A stretch of DNA of 64,000 nucleotides from Amphiscolops sp. MND2022 (taxonomy: Eukaryota): positions 33,482,001 to 33,546,000 of the forward strand of contig OZ076409.1 in the NCBI GenBank assembly GCA_964187785.1, written 5' to 3'. A program made the position numbers and the translations under genes. Numbering within the stretch: position 1 is the first letter of the stretch; each line of letters opens with the position of its first letter. Below the pieces are notes generated by a model, which saw only the letters and a program-made list of their open reading frames with translations, was not told where the DNA came from and searched no databases. Below are positions 1 through 12,087 of the stretch, piece after piece.

Positions 1-59
1 GTCGTTGTTGGGTGAAATGAGCCTTTAGATTGAGTCTCGGCTGCTTGTACCGAAGGTAT

Positions 60-241
60 AGTGTTTTTTAATAATCCTAAAATTTTGTCCATCGTGATAA
101 GATACGATCTTGGAATAAGTATTATCTTAGTAAGATCTTAATAAGAATCTTGCCATGGGATCCATGGCTGCCAAGATGTACTAAGAATTTGGCAAGATCT
201 TGCCAAGACAGCCAAGATGCTAGTAAGAGGGTCAACCCGGG
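60..241. repeat. Partial CAAGA/TCTTG-rich MITE-like repeat, one end only
   Basis: Clustered gatcttgccaag-type motifs ending in gtcaacccggg; same motif style as the MITEs at 21419 and 53111. Confidence 0.4.
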
Positions 242-1686
242 CTTTTTGCAACAACTTTAATCCTCCAGCCACCGAAAGTGCATTGGTGATTTCTATGCTG
301 CATGGAACAGTTATTGGTAACTAAGACGACAAAACTGACAGCCATTGACTATCATTATAACGTGAGCAACAATAGGTTACGACCCTAATGAATTCATAAA
401 CATTGCTGTTCATCGAGAAAAACGGCATCTGAAACCTCGAGTTATCGATCCATGGAGTCGCAACGAAAAGAGGCTCCATTTATATTGACGGTGATTCATT
501 CTACTAACAGAAGTCGCCTAATTTAAAAACATTCAAGTTCTTCAGGGAAAGGTCATATTTAGTTCATATTTTAAATTCGGTTCATGTTTCACTTCATATA
601 AAGGAAGAGTAAAAACACTATTAAGAATCATTCAACGAAAGAAATTCTCAACTTCGGACCAATTATTCCGCATTGAACTATGTTTTTCTGTAAGGTACAG
701 CAGCTAGAGGCGTAGCTGAAGTTCCCTAAACTTCTCAAAAACGCAAGAAGAATAATTAACTAATCAGGAAAGGTTCACCAAAAAGCAAGGGATCTTACAA
801 ATGTGACGAAATTACCAAATAGAAACAGCTTTACTTTGAGAGCGATATCGTTGGAGTCTTTTTGAAGAGACAAATATCGTCTCAAATAAAAAGTCAAATC
901 TTTAAATCTGTGCAGCTTCTTCTTACTAGCGTTTATGTAACATTATACATTCGCATTTTGTTCAATGGAGGGCACTAAATTTAATTACAAAACATATGAA
1001 AGAATTCTTTTTCACCCTTTGTTAACCCATTGAGATAACTAATCTGTTTTCCTTGATGCATTTGGTGATTCATCGCTACTACAACTAAGCTACCAAACCA
1101 AAGCCACGTGATCAACGTCTGAAAGCTCATTGTTTTTCAATCAATAAAACATGAATAGTTAGTCAGAATTCGCCGCCAAATACCTAAAGTTTAAAGAAGT
1201 CAAAAGCCCTCTTTATACCATGGTGCCGCAAAAAGCTACAGAATTTACACAGCACCATACATTACCATGCCAAACTGGTATATTTGTGAATTGTTTGAAT
1301 CCACACAATAATGTTTGTATGTTTAACGGCTGCTTTTGCGGAATTCACGGAACTTTGTGGATTCCACAAAATAATTTTGGCCATTGCTTGGAATCCACAA
1401 AGCTAAAAGAAGCATTGCGTTGAATCCACAAAATGAAAACGTGGATTCCACCAAAGTAACTCTCCCATTCGCATAGTTGTTCGACAGAGTTTATTTTTCC
1501 TTTTAGAGTTGTTATAATCTCCTAAAAAACAGATAGTAAAGCCAGATACTAAAGCCAAGAAGATCTTATTTTGTCATTTGTCGAATTTAGCAATTTACTT
1601 TCATTAAAATGTGTGATGTTAATACCCGGTCTGGAGGTACATATCGTGTCTTGTGCATATGATATTTCACGGAGGCCAAAAAGATC

Positions 1687-4120
1687 ATGGATTCAGTTAG
1701 TAATACATCAGATCGAAATAACCGCCTCAGTCAAATTATAAGGCTAATGGAAAAACGTTCGAGCGAAATTCAACCATTCGATTCACAAATACATGACGTT
1801 TTGCAAGTCGATGAAAGCAAACTCAACATCTTCTGCAGATCTGATAATCAAACATTCATCAACAATGACACGATAAAACCTTTCCTCCATAATATAAACC
1901 AAACCTCTGAATCTACAGGCGTTAGCACTGCTGCATCCTCGTATACGCTGAACAGTAAGGCAAACAGAAACAATACAATGTTACCAAAATTTATTTTTCC
2001 CACTTTCAGTGGCAATTACATACACTGGAGTGTTTTTGGTCTTTTTAACAGCTCCGTTGTTTCAAATACTACTTAGACAGATTGACAAAAAGAGCAACAT
2101 TTGAAAACTTCATTATCATCTGACGCCGTCAAACTTTTGTACTCTTTTACTGTAACAGGTAATAATCATTGAACGGCACCCGAAGTGTTGAAAAACGTTC
2201 TGACAACCCATGTATTATTGCTCGAGCTCATGTCTAAAGAATTTGCGATTCACCAAAAATGCGAAACGACAATGGCAAGGACTGGCCGAACCTAATTGAA
2301 GGAATAGAAGGACATCGTTTGAGTTTGCAAACTTTTGGTCTGCTGGTGGAACATTACGATCTCTCTCTCTCTCTCATTTTCCTTGTAACAGAACAAATAG
2401 AATGGAAAACTCCGACGACAATGGGAAATTGTTTCATCTGACACGTGTTTACAAACATACGAAGCACTACAATATTCACTGAGACAAGATTCAATTCTCT
2501 CGAAGCATCAACGCCCAGTTCAAAACGATTTGACCCAGAACACAGACATCAATTGCAGCAGAACAATCAACAACCTAATCAAAGCTATGCAGGAACACAG
2601 TCCCTCGAAACTTGCATATGTTTTGGACAAGAATACACACTTTACACTTGTCCAACGTACAACGAACTGACTATTGACGAAAATAAACTCACTTTATAAA
2701 AGAAAAACATTATCCTTCAACTGCCTTCGGTACGGATATCATCTTCAAGACTGCTCAAGTGCTGGTAAATGCATATATTGTAAATGTTTTCATCACACGT
2801 CTCTCCATCGACAACAGAAAGATTTCAAACCAGATTCAACTACAGTAAAAGCTCAGAAGATAGTCGAAATCCACAGTTCCATACGTTCCCATCGAAGTTT
2901 ACGAGCACCTGTAGTTCAAGTGCAGGGTAAGCAAGGTGTTCATTCCTTGTTGACTTTTCTAGATTCGGGCTATCAGGCGTCTTCAATCGCCGACCATGCT
3001 TCACAGAAACAAAACAATGCACTCTTTCCACTCCAAATGTTTCCGAAATTCAGTTTGCCTCTATCAAATTTTACAATTCGTTCTATCGAGCGACTTGAAA
3101 GACGAAATTCCCTGTTAGGGAAACGAGATATTTTACCTTTAACAATTCTAGCAAAAAACTTGCTCTGTTCCTAGACCTCGCCACTAAAAACGGTTGAGTT
3201 GATTGTCGTTTGACACAAGGTGACATTTCACAACCGAAGGAATATCCTGTTTTGACTTTGAAGGATTCGATAAGAGGCAAAAAGTTATCTGCAGATGTCC
3301 ATTTCCAAACTCTATATTGTGAAAATAGTCTAGCTTTACTGGACCTTTCGGGAAAAAATTTGCTGCCACCGTAAAGGACCCTGTGAACATTTACGTTTGA
3401 CGCTTTGTGTGCTTGTCTGCGAAAGCATGTCAATAAGAAGTTGTTAAATCTTTACATGAAGAAGCGCATCTGGTGGCAATTGCACTTTTCTGCGCCCGGA
3501 ATGGTCGACCAACATAAATCTTCTCTGACAATGCAACTAAGTTTTTCGATTCCAAAACAGAGTCAGACACCGGATTTGAAATTTATACTTTTATTCGACA
3601 CATGATGCAGAACTTGTCAACAACAGCAATCGATTGGTTAGTTATACCAGTACGTGCATCACACTTTGGAGGGCTTTGGGAAACACCAGTCAAGACCATG
3701 ATACATCATCGACAAAAAGTCATGAAGAAACAACTCCTAATAAATGAACATTTCACAGCCTGAATTACACTAATTAAACTCATTCTGAACTCGATACTAA
3801 TATCAGCCTTATCCACTGACGCTAATTATTTGAATGCCCTAACTCAAGGACATTTTTTATTTGGCTTGGCGATCAACCTAATTCCTGACCTGAATTCCAA
3901 TTTACAAATCGTTCGGGCAATTTCAGAGAATTTCAGCAACTGCAGACTACAAGAAGCCAGTTTTGGAAAGAATGGCATCGAAACTACTTTATCTCTTGGC
4001 AAGTTCGAAAAAATCTTTGAACTATATTATCAACATCAACAAAGGAGACATTGTAATGGTTGCTCAGGAAACCTGTTGTGTTGTCGATTGGCCTCTCGCC
4101 CGGATTACCAAACACTTCAA
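1687..4120 (+). pseudogene. BEL/Pao gag-protease-integrase remnant, copy 1 (no RT/RNase H)
   Basis: LPKFIFPTFSGNYIHW (DUF1759-like); Cys/His knuckles CLRYGYHLQDC and CIYCKCFHHTSLH; protease FLDSG; integrase SHFGGLWE and LTQGHFL; C-terminal KGDIVMV..WPLARI. Many frameshifts. Confidence 0.9.
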
Positions 4121-4597
4121 CGAAAATGCCCTCTCTATATCATGGTGCCGCAAAAAGCTACAGAATTTACACAGCACCATATATTACCATGCCAAAGTGG
4201 CATATTTATGATTTGTTTGAATCCACACAATAATGTTTGTATGTTTAACGGCTGCTTTTGTGGAATTCACGAAACTTCGTGGACTCCACAAAATTATGTT
4301 GGCCATTGCTTGGAATCAACAAAATTAAAACAAGCATTGGTGGAATCCACAAAATGAAAACGTGGATTCCACCAAAGTAGCCCTCCCATTCGCATAGTTG
4401 TTCAACAGAGTTTATTTTTCCTTTTAAAGTTGTTATAACCTCCTTAAAGTCAGATACTAAAGCCGAGAAGACCTTATTTTGCCATTCGTCGAAACGAAAT
4501 TAGCAATAGACTTTTATTAAAATGTGTGATGTTAATACCCGGTCCCAAGGTCATATCGTGTCTTGTGCATATGATAATTCAAGGAGGCCAAAAGATC

Positions 4598-7310
4598 ATG
4601 GATTTAGTTAGTATTACATCAGATCAAAGTAACCGACTCAATCAAATCATAAGGCTAACGGAAAAACGTTCGAGCGAAATTCAACCATTCGATTCACAAA
4701 TACATGACATTTTGCAAGTCGATGAAAGCATCCTTAACATCTTCTGCACATCTGATAATCAAACATTCATCAACAATGACACGATAAAACGTTTCTTTCA
4801 AAATATAAACTAAACCTCTGAATCTACAGGCGTAAGCACTGCTGCATCCTCGTTTACTCTGAACAGTAAGGCAAACAGAAACAATACAAAACTACCAAAA
4901 TTGATTTTTCCCACTTTCAGTCACAATTACATACACTGGAGTGTTTTTGGTCTTTTTAACAGCTCCGTGGTTTCAAATACTACTTAGACAGATTGACAAA
5001 AAGAGCAACATTTGAAAGCGTCATTAACATCTGACGCTGTCAAACTTTTGTACTCTTTTACTGTAACGGGTAATAATCATTTAACGGCACCCGAAGTTTT
5101 GAAAAACGTTATGACAACCCATGTATTATTGCTCGAGCTCATGAGCAAAGAATTTGCGATTTACCAAAAATGCGAAACCACAATAGCAAGGACTTGCCGA
5201 ACCTAATTGAAGGAATAGAAGGACATCGTTTGAGTTTGCAAACATTCGGTCCGCTGGTGGAACATTACGATCTACCTCTCTCTCATTTTCCTTGTAACAG
5301 AGCAATTAGAATGGAAAACTCCTACGACAATGGGAAATTGTTTCATCTGACACGTGTTTACAAACATACAAAGCACTACAATATTCATTGAGACAAGATT
5401 CAATTCCCTCGAAGCATCAACGCCCAGTTCAAAACGATTTTACCCAGAACACAGACATCAATTTCAGCAGAACAATCAACAACCTATTCAAAGATATGTT
5501 GGAACACAGACTCTCGAAACTTGCATTCGATTTGGACAAGAATACACACTTTACACTTGTCCAAAGTACAACGAACTAACTATTGACGAAAACGAACTCA
5601 CTTTATAAAAGAAAAACATTATCCTTCAACTGCCTTCGCTACGGATATCATCTTCAAGACTGCTCAAGTGCTGGTAAACGCAATTAATGTAAGTGTTTCT
5701 ATCACACGTCTCTCCAGCGATAACAGAAAGATTTCAAAGCAGATTCAACTACAATAAAAGCTCAGAAGATGGTCGAAATCCACAGTTCCATACGTTCCCA
5801 TCGAATTTGACGAGCACCTGTAGTTCAAGTGCAGGGTAATCAAGGTGTTCATTCCTTGTTGACACTTCTCGAGTCGGTCTATCAAACGTATGCAATCGCC
5901 GACCATGCTTCACAGAAACAAATCTGTGCGCTCTTTCCACTCCAAATGTTTCCGAATTTCAGTTTGCCTCCATCAAATTTTACAATTCGTTCAATCGAGC
6001 GAATTGAAAGACGAAATTCCCTGTTACGGAAACGAGATATTCTACCTTTGAAAATTCTAGCAAAAAACTTGCTCTGTTTCTAGACTTAGCCACTAAATTA
6101 GTTTGAGTTGATTGTCTTTTGACCCAAGGTGACATTCACAACCGAACGATTATCCTGTTTTGACTTCAAAGGATTCAATAATAGGCAAAAAGTTATTTGC
6201 AGATGTCCATTTCCATAGTCTATATTGTGGAAATATTCTAGTATTGAACACAATTATACAAAAGTATTGGATGGTAGCTGCCAAACCATTGGTTATATTT
6301 TTCATTGAAGATTGTGTTACTTGTTGTTGATTCACTTGTACTGAGCCGTTTCAAACTAGGGTGATCTTCCTGAGGAACGAATTTCAGGTCATGTTTCTAA
6401 TGACATTGTAATGGATATTACTGGACCTTTTAGGAAAAAATTTGCTGCCACCGTAAAGGACCCTGTGAAAATTTACGTTTGACTTTTTGTTTCCTTGTCT
6501 GCGAAAGCATGTCAATCAGAAGTTGTTAAATCTTTACATGAAGATGCGCGTCTGGTGGCAATTGCACTTTTATGCGCCCGGAATGGTCAACCAACATAAA
6601 TCTTCTCTGACAGTGCAACTAATTTTCTCAATTCCAGAACAGATTCAGACAACGGATTGGAAATTTATGCTTTTATTCGACACATGATGCAGAACTTGTC
6701 AACAACAGCAATCGAATGGTTAGTTATACCAGTACGTGCATCACACTTTGGAGGGCTTTGGGAAACATCAATCAAGACCATGATACATCATTGACGAAAA
6801 GTCATGAAGAAACAATTCCTGCTAAATGAACATTTCACAACCTTAATTACACTAATTAAAGTCTTTCTGAACTCGATACTAATATCAGCCTTATCCACTA
6901 ACGCTAAGTATTTGAATGTCCTATCTCAAGGACATTTTTTAATTGGCTTGGCGATCAACCTAATTCCTGACCTGAATTCCAATTTACAAATCGTTCCGGC
7001 AATTTCAGAGAATTTCAGCAAATGCAGACTACCAGAAACCAGCTTTGGAAAGAAAGGCATCGAAACTACATTATCGTGTACTATTACACTACAAATCGTT
7101 CGGGTAATTTCAAAGAATTTCAGCAAATGCAGACTACAAGAAACCAGTTTTGGAAAGTATGGCATGGAAACTACATTATCTCTTGGCAAGTTCGAAGAAA
7201 TGGGTAAACTATATTATCAACATCAACATAGGAGACATTGTATTGGTTGCTCAGGATACCTGATGTGTTCTCGATTGGCCTCTCGCTCGGTTTACCAAAC
7301 ACTTAACTGA
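4598..7310 (+). pseudogene. BEL/Pao remnant, copy 2
   Basis: Same motifs as copy 1. Retains an extra ~190 bp of integrase N-terminus (GDLPEER, ~6240-6420) and has a short internal duplication near 6985-7180. Confidence 0.9.
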
Positions 7311-7615
7311 AAAATATTTGTTCAGTTACCTTATCGCCTTTTTACTTTGTTTACATCTTAGCATTACAAGCGACGTTTTTTCGGTGCCCATACTTTCATT
7401 CAATTATCTCCTGCCATTCGTGGAGTTGTCTTTATAATCATAGCCAATTTTTCCGCAGTTTCAATTGAATTTGTTTCAGTAACCACGTCTATTGCTTCGC
7501 CCCTCTTGTCAATTTAAACCCGTTAGTTCAAGGCGTGGGAGAATATGTTGTTTCATCACTACTAAAACTAAGCTACCAAACAAAAACTTTAACTTTTTGT
7601 TTGATAGCTTAGTTT

Positions 7616-8174
7616 TGTGATGATCGGCTCTTTCCTGTCTGTTTTCATTTATGATAACGGTTTCGTCTAAAATGTCTTCAGTAATCCCAAGGGGAGTATA
7701 TGGTTGTCTTAATTCACCCATTTCAGATGGATAGAACCGATCATCCTGATTCTTATTTTTGTCTAGTGTTGTATTTGATGCGTGTTTGTTTCTGAGACCC
7801 TTATTTTTAGAGTTAGAAGGACCGGGCTGATTATTCTCGGCATCCTCTTCATCAGTTATTACAATGTAGTTTTTGTTTGTTCTAATCTCCTTAAGTATCT
7901 CTTCAAATTTGTTGTTTAGTTGTTCTTCAATCTGCGACATCTTGTCGTTGTTTTGTTCTGTTAGTCTTTGCGAAATAACTTCTATCTCATTGCTTACTTG
8001 AGACGGTTCTGTTAGTTCACTACCTAAGTTCCTGTCAAAAACTTCGTTAGCATTCCCAGAAACATTAATTAAAGTCGCATTACCTTGAACAAAGCTTGTT
8101 TCTGATGCGTTTTCTTCCCTGTCTGAGGACTGAGATGTAGCCCTCCTAGTTCGCCTGTTTCTTCTATTTCCCAT
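7616..8174 (-). CDS. Gag-like N-terminal ORF starting inside the LTR (MGNRRNRRTRR..., ~186 codons, coiled-coil)
   Basis: Uninterrupted frame from the ATG at 8174 to the LTR end. The rest of the tracked ORF (to 7509) is read-through into the flank. Confidence 0.55.
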
Positions 8175-8629
8175 GTTGAAAATAGTTTTGGTGGAAAGAA
8201 ATCTTTGAATTACAAAGATATTGTTGAAATGAAACTTGTAGTTATCTTTACAGAGAAAGAAACTGCAAAGTTTGAGTGTGATGAAAGGGTTCAGCAAATT
8301 TGTGTGACTGTGTTTTGCGTGTGATTTCAGTTGAATGAGTTGTGGGGTAAACTGATTTTGTAGGTCCCTTTTGAATAATCTTATTGGGTGGTATTTTTAG
8401 TTACATGACATTCAATTTTATGCAAATCATCATAACGTCATGTTTCTAGGGTCAAATGTTAAAAATATAATATTGCGTCAGACTCCTGGAAGTTCTAAAT
8501 ATAGCACTGTGACTTACAACATCATAGCACTGAAGGTCCTTCAAATTATGCTGTTTTACATCATAATACAGTATATGCTGTCTCATGAAAACCTCATAAT
8601 TCAGTATAATTTTATCAGCTGAAATAAGA

Positions 8630-8990
8630 ATCTTCATGCTGTTTTTAAATTAAAACGTCATACTGTTTCTGTCAAATTTCCGCATATGCTGCTCCTATAG
8701 TGAAACGTCATACTGTTTCCACAGGGTTTCCGCATATGCTGTTTCCACTCTGAATCATCATGCTGTTTCTGCTAGATTTCCGCATATGCTGTTTTTAGCT
8801 TAAGTCATCATGCTGTTTCTACTGAATTTCCGCATATGCTGTTTTTAGCTCAAGTCATCATGCTGTTTCTACTGAATTTCCGCATAATGCAATACAAAGC
8901 ATAAACTACACTGCGTACATGATTATTATGCTGTTTCTTTAACAAAACCGCATATGCTGTTTTATGAAAACTGCATAATGCTGCATAATC
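8630..8990. repeat. ~46-bp tandem repeats inside the solo LTR (U3-like)
   Basis: Repeated catgctgtttctactgaatttccgcatatgctgtttttagc-type units. Confidence 0.85.
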
Positions 8991-11640
8991 AGTATCAAAT
9001 AAACGTACTAAAGTATCATGCTGATTTTTAAGTGGATCATCGTGCCGTTTTTGATTGTTTTCCTCATGATTGAACTACAAATAATTAAATGTAGCAAAGA
9101 TATATAGGACCATTGGATCTAATTCCTTTCTACCATTTAAGATGATAAAACAAAGATTTAGCACTGTTTTGATAACTTTGACGTTACCTTTCCTGTTGTT
9201 TTTTTCCAATTGATCAACACACCCTATGAGTGAAACAAAAGCAACAATAACGACGTTCAACAATCATCATTTTAGATGAAATGTACAACTACAAGCAACA
9301 TTTTATCAAACGAACAATAACAAGCATTGTTTAAGTTTAGAGTTTGAAATGTTTATCAAGTTCTGGTCCATATTCGGGTAGACAACCATTATGATGGGTA
9401 AGCAGCGTTGACTGCTTCATCGATGTTGCACTCCGGACATCTCGCACGGGTAAGCCGGCGACAAGTTTTAATAGTGATGAAACAACATATTCTCCGACGC
9501 CTTGAATTTTATTGATTGAAAAACAATGATCTTCAAAAGTCAGAATTTGCAGGCAAATATTCAAAGTTTAAAGAAGTGGAAAGTCTTCTCGAGCATTGTT
9601 AGCATCCGGTTTTATGTTTCAAGAATTCATAAGCCTGGGCTTGGCGGTACTCAGAAGTCTTCGACACGAATAGACTTTAAATAAAAAGTTGTTGACAACT
9701 GAACTTTAGAAGAACATATATATTCCAGTTGTACTCAATTTTGGGTTTATGCTGATAGTGTGTAGATTGATTATCCTAAACCAACGTTTTTTCTGTCAGA
9801 ATGCGATTCAGTCAAACTTCGATATCCTTGGAAATTCGAAATGCATCGGGTTTAATTAAGTGACTCTTAATTCAATACTCCTTAAAGTATAGGAAACATC
9901 AAAGAATAGAAGCAATAGTTTACTGTCGGTCCCCCTTGTTTTTCGTGAACTAGTTTTTTCGAAGACAACATTGCTCGATTGTTTTCATGAAGTTCTTAGT
10001 AACACTGCTTCAAAAACAAGTTCGTTCACAAATAACTCAAGTGCCGTAAAAGTGGAACATTGAACACTGTTGAATTTGAATCCGAAGTTGAAAATGAGGT
10101 GTTCGAAAAACTTTCGATGAGATTAAAGACACGAAAATCCTGTTCATAAAACTGGAATACTTTTAGGATAGTATTCTCAGTGGAATTATTTAGGTTACAA
10201 TTGTATAAACTTAACCAAAAAGATTGAAATTTCCTCAACATAATTTTGATTTCCAAACAGATCGTTTTTGATTACGCAATTGTAAGAAAAACAATTATTT
10301 CTATTGGGGGTGATTTGAACCTTCATATATTCTGTGAAAATAATTTTTCCAATAATTTTTTAATTCCTCAACCCTACTTCAGATAAAGTACAAATATAGT
10401 GATGATAATAGCCTTTTTGGCATTGTGACCAAAACAGAAACATCAATGTATTTAGCAAAAATGCTAAACCATTAGCAGGTTAGGCCATGAAAACAACTCC
10501 CTGAATAGAAGAGAAAACAAAGACGCAATTGGGAGATATAATTTTTCTCGCCGCCCATAAAATAGAAAAGCCACGTGAACAAACCTACTTGAGTGTTTTT
10601 TCAGTTGTTCACATCTCGGCTGGCAAGGATGTTGTATCTCAATGTGAAGAAAGCGCTATCGACTCCTTCCTGTCTAATTTACACCAAGTAAACACCCGTC
10701 TTTGAGTGATATAAAAAATTTTACAATGCCATTGATTTCCAAACTCTGAAAATTGCCAATAAAGTAAATTCTTACAAGATCGTACGTATTCTTGTTTTTT
10801 TTTCGGCAAGAGCCTTGCAAAGATTCTTATGGAGGATTTCAAGAATATACAAGAGTTAGTGAAGTGTCACAGTGTCAAGTTCATACACGAGCAGGAAACT
10901 TGACAAGAGAAGCTGAACAAACGCGTTAGTTCAATTATACTGATAAATCAAGAAATTTTGTAATTGTTCTTCATTACTACCTTGGTACTGTGCTCGAAGT
11001 TGCGAACACATGACATAGGGATTGTCGTTCTAATAGAGCTGGTTGTCAAATTCTTTTGAGGTGAAATGTTGACATTGATGCATAATCTAAACATGGAACT
11101 CTGATCTTCTACCTAATTCAAATAATCCGATTAGGAATATGTTTTGTAGTCACCGAACGTAACAAAGCGATTATTTGCAACGAGATTCAGGATTCGTCAG
11201 TAATCAAATGTGCCTCCGTGTTTATCCCAGTCGAAAGGTTGCGGGTTGAATGACAGCCTATGAGAAAAGAAACAAACATGCAACTATTTGGCCACTAACC
11301 ATTTTTAACCATTTTCTTTTGGCGTGAGTAGTAAACTTAAAGTAACCTAGGAAACAAAAGCGAATATTTTTATTAACTTTTGAATTAATTGATGGATTAA
11401 TTCTTGAGAATTTGTCGGTGACAAAACTCACTCAATTTTCGATGGTTATACAAAAAGTAATGTTTAACTTTGGAAATCCCATTCTATTTTTGTCCTTTCC
11501 AAAAATTGAAGAGCTGAAAATTATGAACTCGAACGATTTGACGAATCTTCCCGTACTCTTGGACACGCGCAAGAATGTACAGATTGGATTAAATGTATTC
11601 TCGTTATAAGGCAACATGTTCGGTGGTCAATTGGAATGTT

Positions 11641-11742
11641 TTCGTCTTCCTGATACTGCAGTACTAACAGTGCCTTTTGGAAACGTTTTTAACCTGTGTT
11701 TGACGTCAACACAGGTTAAACACGTTTCCAAAAGGCACTGTT
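11641..11742. repeat. Palindromic element centred on tgacgtca (11701-11708); right arm continues at 18826-18855
   Basis: tgcagtactaacagtgccttttggaaacg... is mirrored by ...cgtttccaaaaggcactgtt[Gypsy]ctgttagtactgca. Confidence 0.85.
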
Positions 11743-12087
11743 TGTTCTGTTTCGTGGTTCGATAAGAAAAAAATGTGGATTTTGTTAAAAGTATCTTTAA
11801 ACGCAAAAGCAAAGTCAAAGCGATCTTCTTTCTATCCTGATTGGTAACACAAATGATATATCTTTAGTACGAAAGATTTAGCACTATGTTTACAATTATG
11901 TAAAAACATAAACCTCATTTGGTCTATAAAAGTCTAAAGAAAGATTTGAGTTTGATTGACGTTGTCACCGAAGAGATCGGTTCGGTATTATACCGTATAA
12001 AATTTCCTCCCTTCTAGGCTTTCTTCGTTCATTGATTTGATGATCGTGGAGTTGATGTTTTCTCCCGGGTGAAAACTGCTGGTTTCG

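Larger units (their letters stand above)
1202..7315 (+). repeat. Diverged tandem duplication, two units of ~2.9-3.2 kb carrying a BEL/Pao remnant
   Basis: atggtgccgcaaaaagctacag occurs at 1220 and 4142 (offset 2922). The units are collinear with scattered substitutions and indels. Confidence 0.95.
7616..9463 (-). mobile_element. Solo LTR, 1848 bp
   Basis: TGT...ACA ends; 5-bp TSD AGTTT at 7611-7615 and 9464-9468; removing it restores the palindrome. Confidence 0.85.
7527..9506. repeat. Short palindromic (foldback) element split by a solo LTR
   Basis: Left arm ttcaaggcgtgggagaatatgttgtttcatcactactaaaactaagctaccaaacaaaaa. Its inverted arm starts ~7594, is interrupted at 7615 and resumes at 9464-9506. 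Confidence 0.85.

Noticed and set aside
7509..8297. 262-aa ORF as a host gene
   Set aside because: It lies within a TSD-bounded LTR and its C-terminus is read-through into the flanking palindrome.
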